From a virus, in the UHGV virus genome UHGV-1370141: a DNA stretch of 64,000 nt; one strand, given 5' to 3'. Below the pieces are notes generated by a model, which was not told where the DNA came from, made no database searches, and saw nothing but the letters and a program-made list of their open reading frames with translations. Each line of letters begins with the position of its first letter. Within the stretch, counting starts at the first letter, position 1. Shown one piece after another: positions 37,738 through 48,650 of the stretch. A program made the translations under genes and the position numbers.

Positions 37738-39374
37738 TCGATGTGATGCGCAAGCATCGGTGACGCTGCAAGGTTAAGCGTATCGGTTGGAGTACGACGA
37801 ATCCAACGGATCACCAACGGTGCGTCTAACGGGACGCGGTAATCGATAACTTTCTTATCTAACCACTCGTCCACGCTGTAGGTGTAAACTTTACCCCCAA
37901 CGTGAATTTCGAAATGGGTAGGTTCAGGCGGTTCCGATTCGTTACGGCGATCGTACAACGGATAAATCGGTTCGTACAGCAGTTTAAGCCACTCTGCTTT
38001 CGAGCTGACTTTGTTACTGACGTCGATTTCCGAGTAGTTAACGTTGGAGTATTTGAATTCCGCCCATACGTTTTCACCGTATTTCTCACCGTCAGGCAGA
38101 TACTCCAGAATGAAGTTGGTGTTCAGTTCGTTACCTGGATTTACCAGTGTAATCGCAAAGGACTGCGACTGGATAAACGCACGGAACTTACTGTCTACCT
38201 TGCTGATGTCAACCTGGACGTTTAGACGCTGTTTCACACCCATCAATAGCGGGTCAAACGTGGTGCCCGTTGTGTAGTTGACGTGTGCTGTTGCATCGTA
38301 AACCTTACCACGCGTCAGGTTATACAACAGGAAGTCCAGACGATAACCACGGGTAGCATCCAACCATCTCGGTACCACAAACAGTTTCATGGAGTAAGCC
38401 CCATCAACCTGTTCGGTGACAGCGGTGTAGTTCTTCACGATGGTGTCACCAACGATATCCGTACCACCGTAAGTTTCCCCTTTCGAGAGTTTGTAACTCA
38501 GTACGCAAGGGAGACTGTTACCGGCGTTAGACGCGATGTAGAAGGTGTCATGAGAACCGGCGTTACGTAAACCGTTGAATTTCACACGCGCCTGGTCTAT
38601 CGGTAAACGTTTGGTACCGTCACTGTAAATCACATCACACCACAACGGAATAGAGTCGATAGGCATGTTGATAGGCAGTGTCAGCGTGGTACCGTCGTTG
38701 TCCACCAAGAACGGAGAAACCAGCTTAATGCCCAATACTGTACGAGCCGGTGTTTCCTGTGCCATCACCAGGTTGGTTTTGATGATGTGGGCATGGCCGA
38801 TTTGTACCACGTTACCTACGTCCGAGTACACGGCAAACATACACGCTTCACCGTTCTCAACGTCGGCTAAGCACGCGCCAGGTAGCGTTTGTTTAACAAC
38901 ACGTTCAGCGCCTTCCACCGAGATGGTCTGTACGGGCAGGTACGTGTATTTGAGTTTACCGTCTTTGTAATACCCCGACAGGATTTCTGCGTGGTCATCT
39001 ACGGTGCTCCCACGGAAGACACGTACACCGTCTACGTCAGGTCCTTCAAACGTCAACGCGTTATCCAAGACCATCGTTGCAGGCAGTTTTGAACTGTCCA
39101 CGTAGACACGGTATTTGTCACTTCGTAATGGGTAGTGGCCATTCAGACGTCCGTCCTGGTTGGCAACACCCACCCCACCCCACGGTTCAGTTTCCCACGA
39201 GGGTTTCGCGTAGTTAACGCTTACGACGATATCAAAACCAGAGGTGATATCGTTAACGATCAGATCTTTCGGGTTCGGTACGTAACCGGTAGGTCGTTCC
39301 GCCGCGTAAAGCTCCTCAGGACGCCATACACGGAAACCGCGATCCTTGTTGATAATGTCAGTTGTTAAGGCCAT
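37734..39374 (-). CDS. hypothetical protein (possibly virion structural)
   Basis: 546-aa ORF immediately upstream of the terminase gene. Confidence 0.55.
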   Translation of the reverse strand: MALTTDIINKDRGFRVWRPEELYAAERPTGYVPNPKDLIVNDITSGFDIVVSVNYAKPSWETEPWGGVGVANQDGRLNGHYPLRSDKYRVYVDSSKLPATMVLDNALTFEGPDVDGVRVFRGSTVDDHAEILSGYYKDGKLKYTYLPVQTISVEGAERVVKQTLPGACLADVENGEACMFAVYSDVGNVVQIGHAHIIKTNLVMAQETPARTVLGIKLVSPFLVDNDGTTLTLPINMPIDSIPLWCDVIYSDGTKRLPIDQARVKFNGLRNAGSHDTFYIASNAGNSLPCVLSYKLSKGETYGGTDIVGDTIVKNYTAVTEQVDGAYSMKLFVVPRWLDATRGYRLDFLLYNLTRGKVYDATAHVNYTTGTTFDPLLMGVKQRLNVQVDISKVDSKFRAFIQSQSFAITLVNPGNELNTNFILEYLPDGEKYGENVWAEFKYSNVNYSEIDVSNKVSSKAEWLKLLYEPIYPLYDRRNESEPPEPTHFEIHVGGKVYTYSVDEWLDKKVIDYRVPLDAPLVIRWIRRTPTDTLNLAASPMLAHHIE

Positions 39375-39376
39375 GA

Positions 39377-41893
39377 TTAACCCTTGATTTTCAGATACTG
39401 GTTCAGCTGAACTTCACCGTTCAGGTACCGTTCGTTTACGCGGTCTAAGAACGCAAAACCGAGTTCGTTGATTTCCACCGTCTCGTATTTGACGTGTGGG
39501 TGGAGTTTGACGAACGCTTTATCGTAGCCGATATACGCCGGGTCGAAGGGAAGCAGATCTTTGTAACGTTCCATGATCTCATCCAACTGAGTCGTTGAGA
39601 TACGGTAGTCAGGATCGTCTTCTCGCAGGATTAAAATACCGTTTAGGTAATCCCACATGATTTTGTTCAGTGTCGGCGAATACAGGTGGTATAAGTGCGG
39701 TAGCGGTACCGGGTTTTCAGGCGGTGGTGTTGGGAACCAGTGTGTCATGTAATTCTCAACACGCGTGTCCAGGTCTCGGGCAACGTCACGCAATTCGTAC
39801 GTGTCCCCGGTGACCATCGTCAGTAACGGGATAGTCGGGTCGTCAACCGAGTACGGATAACCGTCGTCAACGATATTGACCCCAACGGTGTTGTCTTCAC
39901 GGAACACCACTTCATCACGCAGCAGTAAAGAACCGCCAGCCACAACACGAATGACTTTGTCATCACGACAATCGAATTGGCTGTTGTTAGACAGTAAGCC
40001 ACTGGAGACAAACCCGTGTTTCGGTATACGCAGCATACCCGTTACTCCACGGCAGCGTACGGCGATATGGTTGTCTTCGTCGTCACTTACCCAGGACTTA
40101 CACACCACGACGATTTCAGGCCAAATAACGTGATAGTCGATACCGTGTACCAGCGGGTGGCCGTTTAACCACACTTCAACGGTTTCCATCGGAATCCACA
40201 GCGTACGCTGGTTCCCTTCCTGGTTACGTGCCATAATCGGAATACGGATTTCCCCTTCCCGTACTGCAAAGGTGGTCTCGAAGAACAGATGACGGTCGTC
40301 GTAAATCACCGTTGGATGACGTCGCGTTCTGTCTACCGACCAGGTAATCTTGTTCCCGTCCCGTTCGTAGTCCGTCCCTTCTACCGCTTCGATATACTCG
40401 TCACGAGGAATATCGTCAATGACTTTACGTAACCAGAGGTTAACGTTTTCACCTTCGTTAATCACGAAGTCATCGGCGTTATCGACAATGGTCACCGCGT
40501 CGTCTTTTGCCCCCGCAATCGCTTCGATAATGCGTGCGTTGGGATTACGAGCTTGGTAAACGTCATAACCTGTGTTTTGATGCGCCTCTAACAGTAAACC
40601 ATCACCGTCGTATTCGTATACGGTGGAGTTAACCGCCAGTAACGCAGGGAGCGTTGCACGATAACCACCTTCGGTTAAGGTCAGGCGCTGCGGTGTGTCA
40701 GCTGCGTAACGCGTAACGGCATTATAACCGTAAGCGTCAGTGCACAGGTCACGGTTAATGTTTTCCAGCTTAGCCGCAGCCAAACGGTTAAACGCAGCCT
40801 GTTCTAAGTTAGCCGCTTGCCACTCCGTTACGTTGGCGTTAGCGCCAATCATCGCGTCGATAATCAGCTCGTCAGTGAGACGATACAAATCGTGGACGTG
40901 GGACGAGTTATACAGCGGCGTAATGTCCAGATAGTCGTCACGGATAATAAGACGAATGACCAGTTCATCTAAGTCGGTGATAGACTCGTTAAAGACATTA
41001 CGGTATTTCGCAATGCGTTCAGTCGGGATTGCCAAATCGTTCCACGTTAGCTGACGCATCGCCTGGTGACGATGACGGTGGTAATAACGACCGCGACCTT
41101 TCCAGAACAGCTGAATTTCGGCGTCGTTGTTGAAAATCCAAATCCCGTCTTTTTTCGGAATGTGGAGCAAATACTTACGCTTGCTGTCGAGCGTAGACAT
41201 AAACGTCGGTAAGTCGCCACAACGGAATTCAACGATGCGGCGTACACGACCGTCAACACGAATGTCGATGTCGTCCCAGACTTTAATGTCTTGCGTTTTC
41301 GGTGAGTCGATTAATTCACCGTTTAACCAGAACTCAACGTAACCTTTATTCTGTTGCTTAAGTAGGTTATACCGATCGACGACTCTCTGAACCTGTTCGC
41401 GGTTAGGCGGTGAGAAATACTCAACGGTGGTTGGGTTAATATACGGTGCGTTTTCACCCCCACTGTAACCCGGATAAATTCGCAGGTAGCAGATGTCTTC
41501 TTCTAACCAGCTATAGCGATCGGATTGTGGGATAGCCATGTAAACCATCCCAGAGCTGGTGCGGTAAAAGTAGACGTACTCAGAGGGGATCGAAACTCCG
41601 CTCTCGTTGTAGACCAGCATCCAGGTACTGAAGCCGTTCACACACGTTGAAAGCTTCTTCCAACGGTTTAGGGGGATGGCTAAGTTCCCCCAGTTTACGT
41701 GAAGTTTATCAATAGCGAATGCGTGCCACCAGGTATTTTCTTTCGGTAGCGCTACCGGTGTCCGACCGTGTTTGAAAAAGCCGATCGCCCCGGTCTTGGG
41801 TGAAAGACGGAAGGGTGCAATGTTCAACACCCCGTCGAGATATGGACGCTGCCACGCTTTTTGGATGGCGTGGGCGACCAGCCAGTTCTCCAT
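39377..41893 (-). CDS. hypothetical protein (possibly virion structural)
   Basis: 838-aa ORF, 3 nt from the next gene. Confidence 0.55.
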   Translation of the reverse strand: MENWLVAHAIQKAWQRPYLDGVLNIAPFRLSPKTGAIGFFKHGRTPVALPKENTWWHAFAIDKLHVNWGNLAIPLNRWKKLSTCVNGFSTWMLVYNESGVSIPSEYVYFYRTSSGMVYMAIPQSDRYSWLEEDICYLRIYPGYSGGENAPYINPTTVEYFSPPNREQVQRVVDRYNLLKQQNKGYVEFWLNGELIDSPKTQDIKVWDDIDIRVDGRVRRIVEFRCGDLPTFMSTLDSKRKYLLHIPKKDGIWIFNNDAEIQLFWKGRGRYYHRHRHQAMRQLTWNDLAIPTERIAKYRNVFNESITDLDELVIRLIIRDDYLDITPLYNSSHVHDLYRLTDELIIDAMIGANANVTEWQAANLEQAAFNRLAAAKLENINRDLCTDAYGYNAVTRYAADTPQRLTLTEGGYRATLPALLAVNSTVYEYDGDGLLLEAHQNTGYDVYQARNPNARIIEAIAGAKDDAVTIVDNADDFVINEGENVNLWLRKVIDDIPRDEYIEAVEGTDYERDGNKITWSVDRTRRHPTVIYDDRHLFFETTFAVREGEIRIPIMARNQEGNQRTLWIPMETVEVWLNGHPLVHGIDYHVIWPEIVVVCKSWVSDDEDNHIAVRCRGVTGMLRIPKHGFVSSGLLSNNSQFDCRDDKVIRVVAGGSLLLRDEVVFREDNTVGVNIVDDGYPYSVDDPTIPLLTMVTGDTYELRDVARDLDTRVENYMTHWFPTPPPENPVPLPHLYHLYSPTLNKIMWDYLNGILILREDDPDYRISTTQLDEIMERYKDLLPFDPAYIGYDKAFVKLHPHVKYETVEINELGFAFLDRVNERYLNGEVQLNQYLKIKG

Positions 41894-41903
41894 AGTGGAC
41901 CTC

Positions 41904-42809
41904 TTACTGGATATTTAAGGGTTTGGTATTCTGGTTCAGTAATGTATCGTAAGCGATGGTAAACGCATCTTTACGTTTTGCTACGTCACATTTCTTAATC
42001 AGCCCACCCAAACGTGAACGGTTGAACACCGAGTTTTCTAAACAGGTGCGGACAATCACAAACAGCGATGGCGGATATTCGATGGCGCTCGTTACCAACT
42101 GGCGGTCGTAGCTGATGTAGCTGCCTAAGCTGGTCGCCAGCATTGACTGCAAGCTAACCACGCTCAGTTCATTAAGACGTGGGATGCCTGCTGCTTTAAC
42201 CATCTCAACGAATTCACCGATATTACGCGGGAACAGAAACTCGGTATTACCGGTGACGGTTTCGAAAAACTGTGGCGAAAGTCGCAGTTCACGTTCCAAC
42301 TGCTGCTGCATACGCAGCATTTTTACTTCATCTTCGAAGTTGTTATAGAACTGTCCTACGGAAAACAGCGCTGCGAGTGCCTTGACTTGACCGCTTTGAT
42401 ATGGAGCAAGTGCATAGGTGTGTTCAATCGCATCGCTAATCCACCTGCTGAAGATCTCATGGTGATAAGACATTCGGGCCATCAACGCACCGAGCTTATC
42501 ATTGTTCCGTTTCCACACTAATTCCCAACGTGCTTCGTCTAGACGTAATTGGTGCTCAATGGGGTTACGAATTTTTAACTCGCCGTTTTTATCGAGCGTC
42601 GTAAAAGTTCGTGCGTCAACGTACACGTCATCACCAATGACGATAGGTAACGGGAACGGTTTTACATCGGCTGTTTCGATAACGTAATGGACTTCTTCAG
42701 ACTGAGCAACAGTTTGGTTAACCTTACGAGCCAATTCCAAGTCCGCGTGTAAGCGGGTAAGGTCTATGGTATTAAAGGGAGTGCCGTTGTAAGCGTTTTT
42801 GAGTGCCAT
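41904..42809 (-). CDS. hypothetical protein
   Basis: 301-aa ORF at the head of the minus-strand block. Confidence 0.55.
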   Translation of the reverse strand: MALKNAYNGTPFNTIDLTRLHADLELARKVNQTVAQSEEVHYVIETADVKPFPLPIVIGDDVYVDARTFTTLDKNGELKIRNPIEHQLRLDEARWELVWKRNNDKLGALMARMSYHHEIFSRWISDAIEHTYALAPYQSGQVKALAALFSVGQFYNNFEDEVKMLRMQQQLERELRLSPQFFETVTGNTEFLFPRNIGEFVEMVKAAGIPRLNELSVVSLQSMLATSLGSYISYDRQLVTSAIEYPPSLFVIVRTCLENSVFNRSRLGGLIKKCDVAKRKDAFTIAYDTLLNQNTKPLNIQ

Positions 42810-42871
42810 GAGTATGATACCTTAGTATGACCCTTTTTCAAGGTCTTAAAGACTGAATATGGAGACGTTCC

Positions 42872-44929
42872 ATGAGTTTTATTCCACGAAACGGCGCGCC
42901 GTTGAATAACAAGCAGGGGTGGCAGGACAATTCTGTCCCTGAGCTTGTTCGGACCCCCACGGGTGATCCGATTCATAAGCCGCTGATCTTCACCTTTGCT
43001 TCACGCGGGGTAGACGACGAGGCGTTCCCGTTATCCGGGGATAATGCATTGTCTCTGCTTGGTCGCGATCTGTTCGACCTGCGTGGCGATTACGCGACGT
43101 TTAACACACCTTTCCAGGCGATGTTCAACGCTAACGGTAACGATTGCATGTATCAGCGCCTGGTACCGGATGATGCGAAAACCGCAGCTATCCGTCTGGT
43201 TGCTGACGTACTGGAAACGAAAGTTCCCGCTTATGAGCGTGTGAACGGCGTGATTCAGTACGACGTAAGCGGTAAGCCGAAAGTCAGAGAACAGGTAGAC
43301 GGTCTGAAAATCGTCTTCCGACTGTCCGTCATCGAAGATGTCAGCAACGTAAAAGCGGGCACCGTCACCGAAGGTACGATGACTGATACCGAGACTCAGG
43401 CGAAATCAAAACTCTATCCGATTTTTGATATCAAAGGTCCGTACGCGGGTGCTGATGTCAACGGATTTGGTTTCAAACTGGTTCCGCTGAACGAAAAATC
43501 CAGCCCGTCTATTGCGTCTGCTTATCAGACGAATGTAGGCGGACGTATGTACGCACTGCAATGGTTTGAGACCTTAGCAGGGGTAACATCACCGGTGATT
43601 TGGAAGACCCTCAAAGGTCTTAGCAGCATCAATGTTAGCTTCAAGCCCGATGCATACTATCAGCCGATGAGCACCCAGCTGGACTTCGAAGTCGTCGTTC
43701 CAGATGCGTATCGTCAGACGATGCCGGATATCGGTGGTCTGCCGGATTACGGCCCGTTCGAAGAGTTTTACATCTACCGCGAAAACCTGGAAACGGTGCT
43801 GAAACTGGCCCAATCTAAGATTCAAAACGCAAAACCGGCAATTACCGATCCGTATATGGTCGATATTTTCGGTGGCGTTGACTTAACCGGTCAGCTCTAC
43901 GACGGTTTACAAGTTAACCCGTCTGAAGAAGTAGGTAAAATTGTTTTCTCTGCTTCGAATATCCACTACCTGCAAGGCGGTAGTAACGGGACCATGAACA
44001 ACGATGTTTACGACGAACTGGTTCGCCGTGAAATGTCTCTGTTCCCGGACGGTGGTAAAGTCCGCTACGATAACGAACTGAAATACTCTCTGGGTTGCTT
44101 CTGGGACTCCGGCTTCAGCATGGATACCAAGAAAGCCCTGACGAACTTCATCGGTCGTTCTCGTAACACGTTCCTGACTCTTTGCACTCACGTTTACAAC
44201 CAAGGTCGTAACGATCTGCAAACGGAAGAGAACGTGAAGACAGCGCTGATCGAAATGATCACGTCTGTACCTGAATCGTCTTATTACGGTACCCCAGCGT
44301 GCCGTGGGATGATTTGTGGTCAGGACGCCTACATCCGTAACTCCTCTTACAAGAAACCGGTTCCGATGTGTTACAGCATCGCGAACTTCTTCTCGAAGTA
44401 TCTGGGTTCCGGTGAAGGTCGCGCTAAACCTGCTTATCGCTTCAGCCGTGGTGAAGAGACGATTATCGAAGATCTGTACGATCTGAGTATGCCGTGGAAA
44501 GGTAACGAGATTTACGCATCCGACTGGGATGTGTCACTGGTTACTGCACGTTCCCGCGACTACTATCGTTTGTTCATCCCAGCACTTCAGTCCATCTATA
44601 GCGAAGAACGTTCAGTGCTGAATAACGCACTGTTTAACTTCATCATGACCTACGTTTATCGTGTCAGTGATCAAGTTTGGGCAGATATGTCCGGTGAGAG
44701 CCGTATGACGGACGACGAACGCGCGAAAATGATTGAGAACAAAATCACCGAGCGTTTGGAAGGTCGCCTGGATAGTATTGCCAACATTACTCCGAGTGCG
44801 TACATGACAGCGGATGACAAAGCTAACGGCTATTCCATCACGCTGGACATTAAAGCTGAAGGCGGTGTACTGTTGACGCAGTTCAACACGACGATCAAAG
44901 TTTATCGTCGCGACAGTACGGAGAGCTAA
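42872..44929 (+). CDS. candidate tail sheath protein
   Basis: 685 aa with optimal codons and an SD, immediately followed by a 291-aa gene and a strong terminator (sheath-tube-like arrangement). No motif-level evidence. Confidence 0.35.
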   Translation: MSFIPRNGAPLNNKQGWQDNSVPELVRTPTGDPIHKPLIFTFASRGVDDEAFPLSGDNALSLLGRDLFDLRGDYATFNTPFQAMFNANGNDCMYQRLVPDDAKTAAIRLVADVLETKVPAYERVNGVIQYDVSGKPKVREQVDGLKIVFRLSVIEDVSNVKAGTVTEGTMTDTETQAKSKLYPIFDIKGPYAGADVNGFGFKLVPLNEKSSPSIASAYQTNVGGRMYALQWFETLAGVTSPVIWKTLKGLSSINVSFKPDAYYQPMSTQLDFEVVVPDAYRQTMPDIGGLPDYGPFEEFYIYRENLETVLKLAQSKIQNAKPAITDPYMVDIFGGVDLTGQLYDGLQVNPSEEVGKIVFSASNIHYLQGGSNGTMNNDVYDELVRREMSLFPDGGKVRYDNELKYSLGCFWDSGFSMDTKKALTNFIGRSRNTFLTLCTHVYNQGRNDLQTEENVKTALIEMITSVPESSYYGTPACRGMICGQDAYIRNSSYKKPVPMCYSIANFFSKYLGSGEGRAKPAYRFSRGEETIIEDLYDLSMPWKGNEIYASDWDVSLVTARSRDYYRLFIPALQSIYSEERSVLNNALFNFIMTYVYRVSDQVWADMSGESRMTDDERAKMIENKITERLEGRLDSIANITPSAYMTADDKANGYSITLDIKAEGGVLLTQFNTTIKVYRRDSTES

Positions 44930-44932
44930 TAG

Positions 44933-45808
44933 ATGTCCATCAAAGAACGCATGATTTTACCTGACCAGGGCTTGCATGTTGACGGTGGTCAGTACGACAT
45001 GGTCAACCCGTTCAGCTCGGGTCAAAACGGTCCGGTCGGACAGGTTGGTAAGTTTGTTACCAACGCCCACCGTCTGCGTCGTAACGTAATCGCCCGTGTG
45101 ATGGAATTCCCTCGCTGGGTTGATTACATGCCGAACCCACAATTGTGGCGTCAGGCAATCAAATCGTTTATCGAGGTTCACACCACGATTACCGGTTTGG
45201 ATAAATCCCTGAGTGCTGAGTACGTGCAGACCCAACAGGGTCGTAACAACCGCGTCCAGTATGAAGCTGGTCTGGTAACGGAAGCTCTGTCTTCTGTTAC
45301 GCACACTACCCCGGATAAACTGGGTAAAGTGTATCAGAACATGCTCTGGGCGTGGCTGGTATACGGTGTTTGTGACCCGCACACAGGCCACCCTGGTCTG
45401 GCGGCAATCAACCCGAACGTTCCTGACCACCTGCCGGATATGTATAGCATGACTGTGCTGTACTTCGAACCGGATGCGTATCAGCGTAAACCGCAGAACG
45501 CATGGTGGCTGACCAACATGGCTCCTGAGTCTAACGGTCAGGATATCGGTGAACGTGACCCGAACACTGGTCCGCAAACTAACGAACTGTCCATCACCTT
45601 TACCTCCCAGCAATGGACAGGTTGGGGCCCGATGCAGGCAGCGCAGAAGGAACTGGAACGTATGAAACTGTACGGTCTGCGTCCTTACGAGCGCAAACTG
45701 TGGCTCACTCCGTCTCAACAGACCGACGGTATCAACCCAGACGTCGATGCTACGGCTGGCGGTTATCGTTCTGTGTCCGACGAGCAGATGGCCAATCAGC
45801 TTCGTTAA
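44933..45808 (+). CDS. candidate tail tube protein
   Basis: 291 aa, 3 nt downstream of the candidate sheath gene, GGAGAG SD; size and position only. Confidence 0.3.
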   Translation: MSIKERMILPDQGLHVDGGQYDMVNPFSSGQNGPVGQVGKFVTNAHRLRRNVIARVMEFPRWVDYMPNPQLWRQAIKSFIEVHTTITGLDKSLSAEYVQTQQGRNNRVQYEAGLVTEALSSVTHTTPDKLGKVYQNMLWAWLVYGVCDPHTGHPGLAAINPNVPDHLPDMYSMTVLYFEPDAYQRKPQNAWWLTNMAPESNGQDIGERDPNTGPQTNELSITFTSQQWTGWGPMQAAQKELERMKLYGLRPYERKLWLTPSQQTDGINPDVDATAGGYRSVSDEQMANQLR

Positions 45809-45856
45809 GAAAAAAAAATAAGTTTACCTACCTCCGTAAAGGAGGTAGGTACTTTT
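45809..45856. terminator. bidirectional rho-independent terminator (ACCTACCTCC/GGAGGTAGGT stem family)
   Basis: Hairpin tacctacctcc-gtaaa-ggaggtaggta flanked by A-run and T-run between convergent genes. Confidence 0.65.
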
Positions 45857-46417
45857 TTATTTTTCTTCCGTTCCCAGGACTTTCGATGCGGATGCACGGA
45901 TGATTAAGTTTTTCATTTGCATCAACAACAGGAAGGTTGAAATTAAATCGTAAGTGGTCGGTGGGGTGTTGGTGATATCGTCAGGATAAGCGAGTTTCCA
46001 CAGCGTTAATTCGTTGGAACCCTCACCTTTTTCGTTACGTACGATTTCGTTGTCGTGTAACGAAACCAGTTCACGTTCAAGGGAATCGATAACATCTTTA
46101 CCGAATTCGATTAACAGTAACTGTTTGAAACGAATAACAAAACCGGCGATAACGTTACCTGAAGCCGTTGATCTGATTTCAGTTAGGAAACGTTGATATC
46201 CGTTGATGGTGTGGGGGATGGTTTCAGCAGGCCAGCCTGCAATGTGTGGGAACGCATCTTCCAACACAGATTTCATTGACAGCGTAAAGACTTCACCGAT
46301 TTGGTTTAGGCGATTAATAACCTCAGTGCGCGTCATGACGTTAGGTAACGGTTTTACATCATCGACAATCTGATGTCCTGGTGTAACAGGCCCACCAAAA
46401 AGGTTAGGATTTGACAT
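45857..46417 (-). CDS. hypothetical protein
   Basis: 186-aa ORF with AGGAG SD. Confidence 0.5.
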   Translation of the reverse strand: MSNPNLFGGPVTPGHQIVDDVKPLPNVMTRTEVINRLNQIGEVFTLSMKSVLEDAFPHIAGWPAETIPHTINGYQRFLTEIRSTASGNVIAGFVIRFKQLLLIEFGKDVIDSLERELVSLHDNEIVRNEKGEGSNELTLWKLAYPDDITNTPPTTYDLISTFLLLMQMKNLIIRASASKVLGTEEK

Positions 46418-46434
46418 TTTATATCTCCTGAGAT

Positions 46435-46470
46435 CAAAAAAATAAGGCGGTCATAAAACCGCCTTAACTT
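46435..46470 (-). terminator. rho-independent terminator
   Basis: Hairpin aaggcggt-cataaa-accgcctt with T-run on minus strand, about 20 nt upstream of the next SD. Confidence 0.5.
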
Positions 46471-46621
46471 TTATTTTCTCCGTCGATGCGACAGATACAC
46501 CAAACCGTCAATCGGTTTAGGTAACCCTAACGTTCTGGAGAGTGGGTTCTGCCAGGCCGTAGGGTTAATCGGTGTAGGAGGGATATAGGTACGTTTTACC
46601 TTCCCTCCGAGTATCGCAACC

Positions 46622-47104
46622 TTATTCGTCGTCTTCGTCATCGGAAGCCATCATGTCCGCAGCGAATTGCTTACGAAGTTTGCCTTCCAGTGCTTTAGAC
46701 TTCGGCACACCGTAACCGAAACCGATGGATGCAGCCCATTCTTTCTGGCTGATGGTGTCCCCGGTCGGGCGAGAGAACACCGTGGAGAACGATGCGTTGC
46801 CGATTTCGGTGGTGATGTTCATCGCGGCCAACTCAGCATCGGCTTTCGCTTTTTCCACAATCAGACCAGAAGCGACTTTCCCGTACACTTCCAGGAAGTT
46901 AGCATCGTGTTGACGAACCGCGTCGGCGTCTTTCAGCGTTAAGCGATAGTCAGTATCGTTAACTTTGATAACCGGCAGCGTTTCTTCATAAATTTTTACC
47001 ATCGGGTCAGCGTTGACCACCAGGTCGTCGTTCATGGTCATTGCCGGAGTTTCCAGTGCATCGATCATTGCAGCCAGGTCTTTGATAGAAGTTACTTTAG
47101 CCAT
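46622..47104 (-). CDS. hypothetical protein with acidic C-terminal tail
   Basis: 160 aa ending MASDDEDDE. Confidence 0.5.
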   Translation of the reverse strand: MAKVTSIKDLAAMIDALETPAMTMNDDLVVNADPMVKIYEETLPVIKVNDTDYRLTLKDADAVRQHDANFLEVYGKVASGLIVEKAKADAELAAMNITTEIGNASFSTVFSRPTGDTISQKEWAASIGFGYGVPKSKALEGKLRKQFAADMMASDDEDDE

Positions 47105-47125
47105 TAGTTTTATTCCTTCAGGTTA

Positions 47126-47797
47126 TTACTGGTTTTGGATACGACTTTCTAAGTCGTTGGTGATTTCAAAAGTAAAGTGCTCGAGGCTGAGCATCTCTAC
47201 GTACTCTTGACGTTCCAGAATCTCTTTCGCGAAGAGTTTCTCGTACCACTCTGGAACGCGAGATTTGCCATTACGACCGAACTTTTCTTGTACGTGACGA
47301 ATCGCATGGAACTTCGAATCGGTAACGGATTTTCCATGGTCACGTGCGTATAAGTAAGAGCGGTACATGTAATTTTTCACTTCATCGATAGAAGGGATAC
47401 CACGATCCGCAGCCGCGACAATTTCGGATACGATAGAGTTGTACCCGCCTTTGTGTGAACTGCGATGTTCTAGTACCGCGTAAGCTATCTCGGTAACGTC
47501 ATCACAGGTAAGCTTAAAGCGACGTTTTAGAATCGGTGCAGAATCCAGAACGTAGTTGAAGGCTTTGATGTGATGGGAAGCACGATCGGCTTTAGTTGAG
47601 AAAATGTCATGTGCTGCCACAGCGACCAGGATATTTTTAAGGTGCTTAGACTCACCCAGCAGATAAGCAATGCGAATGGCATTAGACTTCACTGACTGGA
47701 TGTGGTCGATACGGTGGGCGCTGTCTGTGTAGCGATAGAAATCGCGGAATTGAGCAATGACTTGTTCCCAGAATTTGTTAATTTCGATAGCTTCCAT
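47126..47797 (-). CDS. hypothetical protein
   Basis: 223-aa ORF. Confidence 0.5.
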   Translation of the reverse strand: MEAIEINKFWEQVIAQFRDFYRYTDSAHRIDHIQSVKSNAIRIAYLLGESKHLKNILVAVAAHDIFSTKADRASHHIKAFNYVLDSAPILKRRFKLTCDDVTEIAYAVLEHRSSHKGGYNSIVSEIVAAADRGIPSIDEVKNYMYRSYLYARDHGKSVTDSKFHAIRHVQEKFGRNGKSRVPEWYEKLFAKEILERQEYVEMLSLEHFTFEITNDLESRIQNQ

Positions 47798-47818
47798 TTA
47801 TAAAACCTTACATGTCGA

Positions 47819-48208
47819 TTAGGAGAATGTGAACTGGCAGCGGATTAACATCAGACGTAAGTCGTGCCAACTGTCAGGTTGTTGAATGATATTCCGATAG
47901 AGCAGATGGTCAGAACTCACCGCTCGGGCAAGTTCTTGTACCATGTCTGCTAACGTCGGTGCCTTTAACCGATGTGTTTTACGCCACGTAGGAGACATCA
48001 TACGGACATAAAACGCATCAGCTGGTTCTAGGGTATTACTTTCCTCTTTAAGCGTCTCTAAACGCGTCTCCTCACGTTTTACGTGATTGCTCAACGCTTG
48101 TGGGTCTTTGACGAAAGTATAGAATCTGTCGTCTCGCCGTAGGCTGCACAGCAACCACAGTGTGAACGGGTCACGACAGACCTCGATAAGTTCTTTTGAC
48201 CATTTCAT
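47819..48208 (-). CDS. hypothetical protein
   Basis: 129-aa ORF. Confidence 0.5.
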   Translation of the reverse strand: MKWSKELIEVCRDPFTLWLLCSLRRDDRFYTFVKDPQALSNHVKREETRLETLKEESNTLEPADAFYVRMMSPTWRKTHRLKAPTLADMVQELARAVSSDHLLYRNIIQQPDSWHDLRLMLIRCQFTFS

Positions 48209-48209
48209 C

Positions 48210-48599
48210 TTAGCTACCTACGCTAGAAAGCATCCAATTGTTTCTGATGGCGTTAATTTGTTTAACGGATTCCCGAATACCTTCAAATAGTTCGATGCGT
48301 TCCGATGTGGAAAGACACTGTTTAAGATCTTTATCGAGAGAGAACAGCATCGCCAGTTTTGCAAGCGAAACACTCAAGATATCAGACAATTCATTGTTTC
48401 TACGCCACTCGGGATTACGGAAGATAGTCACCAGACGTCCGATGCTTTCGCAAGGACATTCTTTGTTCAGTAGTTTGTCACGTTGCTCGCACAGATAAGC
48501 CTCATCTGTAATTAATCGTTCCAGGTCATCTGGACGCATGATTGCACGAGTAGAAATCATTAGTACAACAAACGGGTCTTTGAATAATTCGTTTTTCAT
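48210..48599 (-). CDS. hypothetical protein
   Basis: 129-aa ORF with AAAGGAG SD and promoter-like motif upstream. Confidence 0.5.
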   Translation of the reverse strand: MKNELFKDPFVVLMISTRAIMRPDDLERLITDEAYLCEQRDKLLNKECPCESIGRLVTIFRNPEWRRNNELSDILSVSLAKLAMLFSLDKDLKQCLSTSERIELFEGIRESVKQINAIRNNWMLSSVGS

Positions 48600-48650
48600 C
48601 TTTAATACTCCTTTAGGTTAACAAGTCGAATAGCGTGTAATTCTACAACG

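Noticed and set aside
44957-45718. 253-aa minus-strand ORF
   Set aside because: Antisense to the well-supported plus-strand 291-aa gene (SD, terminator); Arg-rich low-complexity translation.
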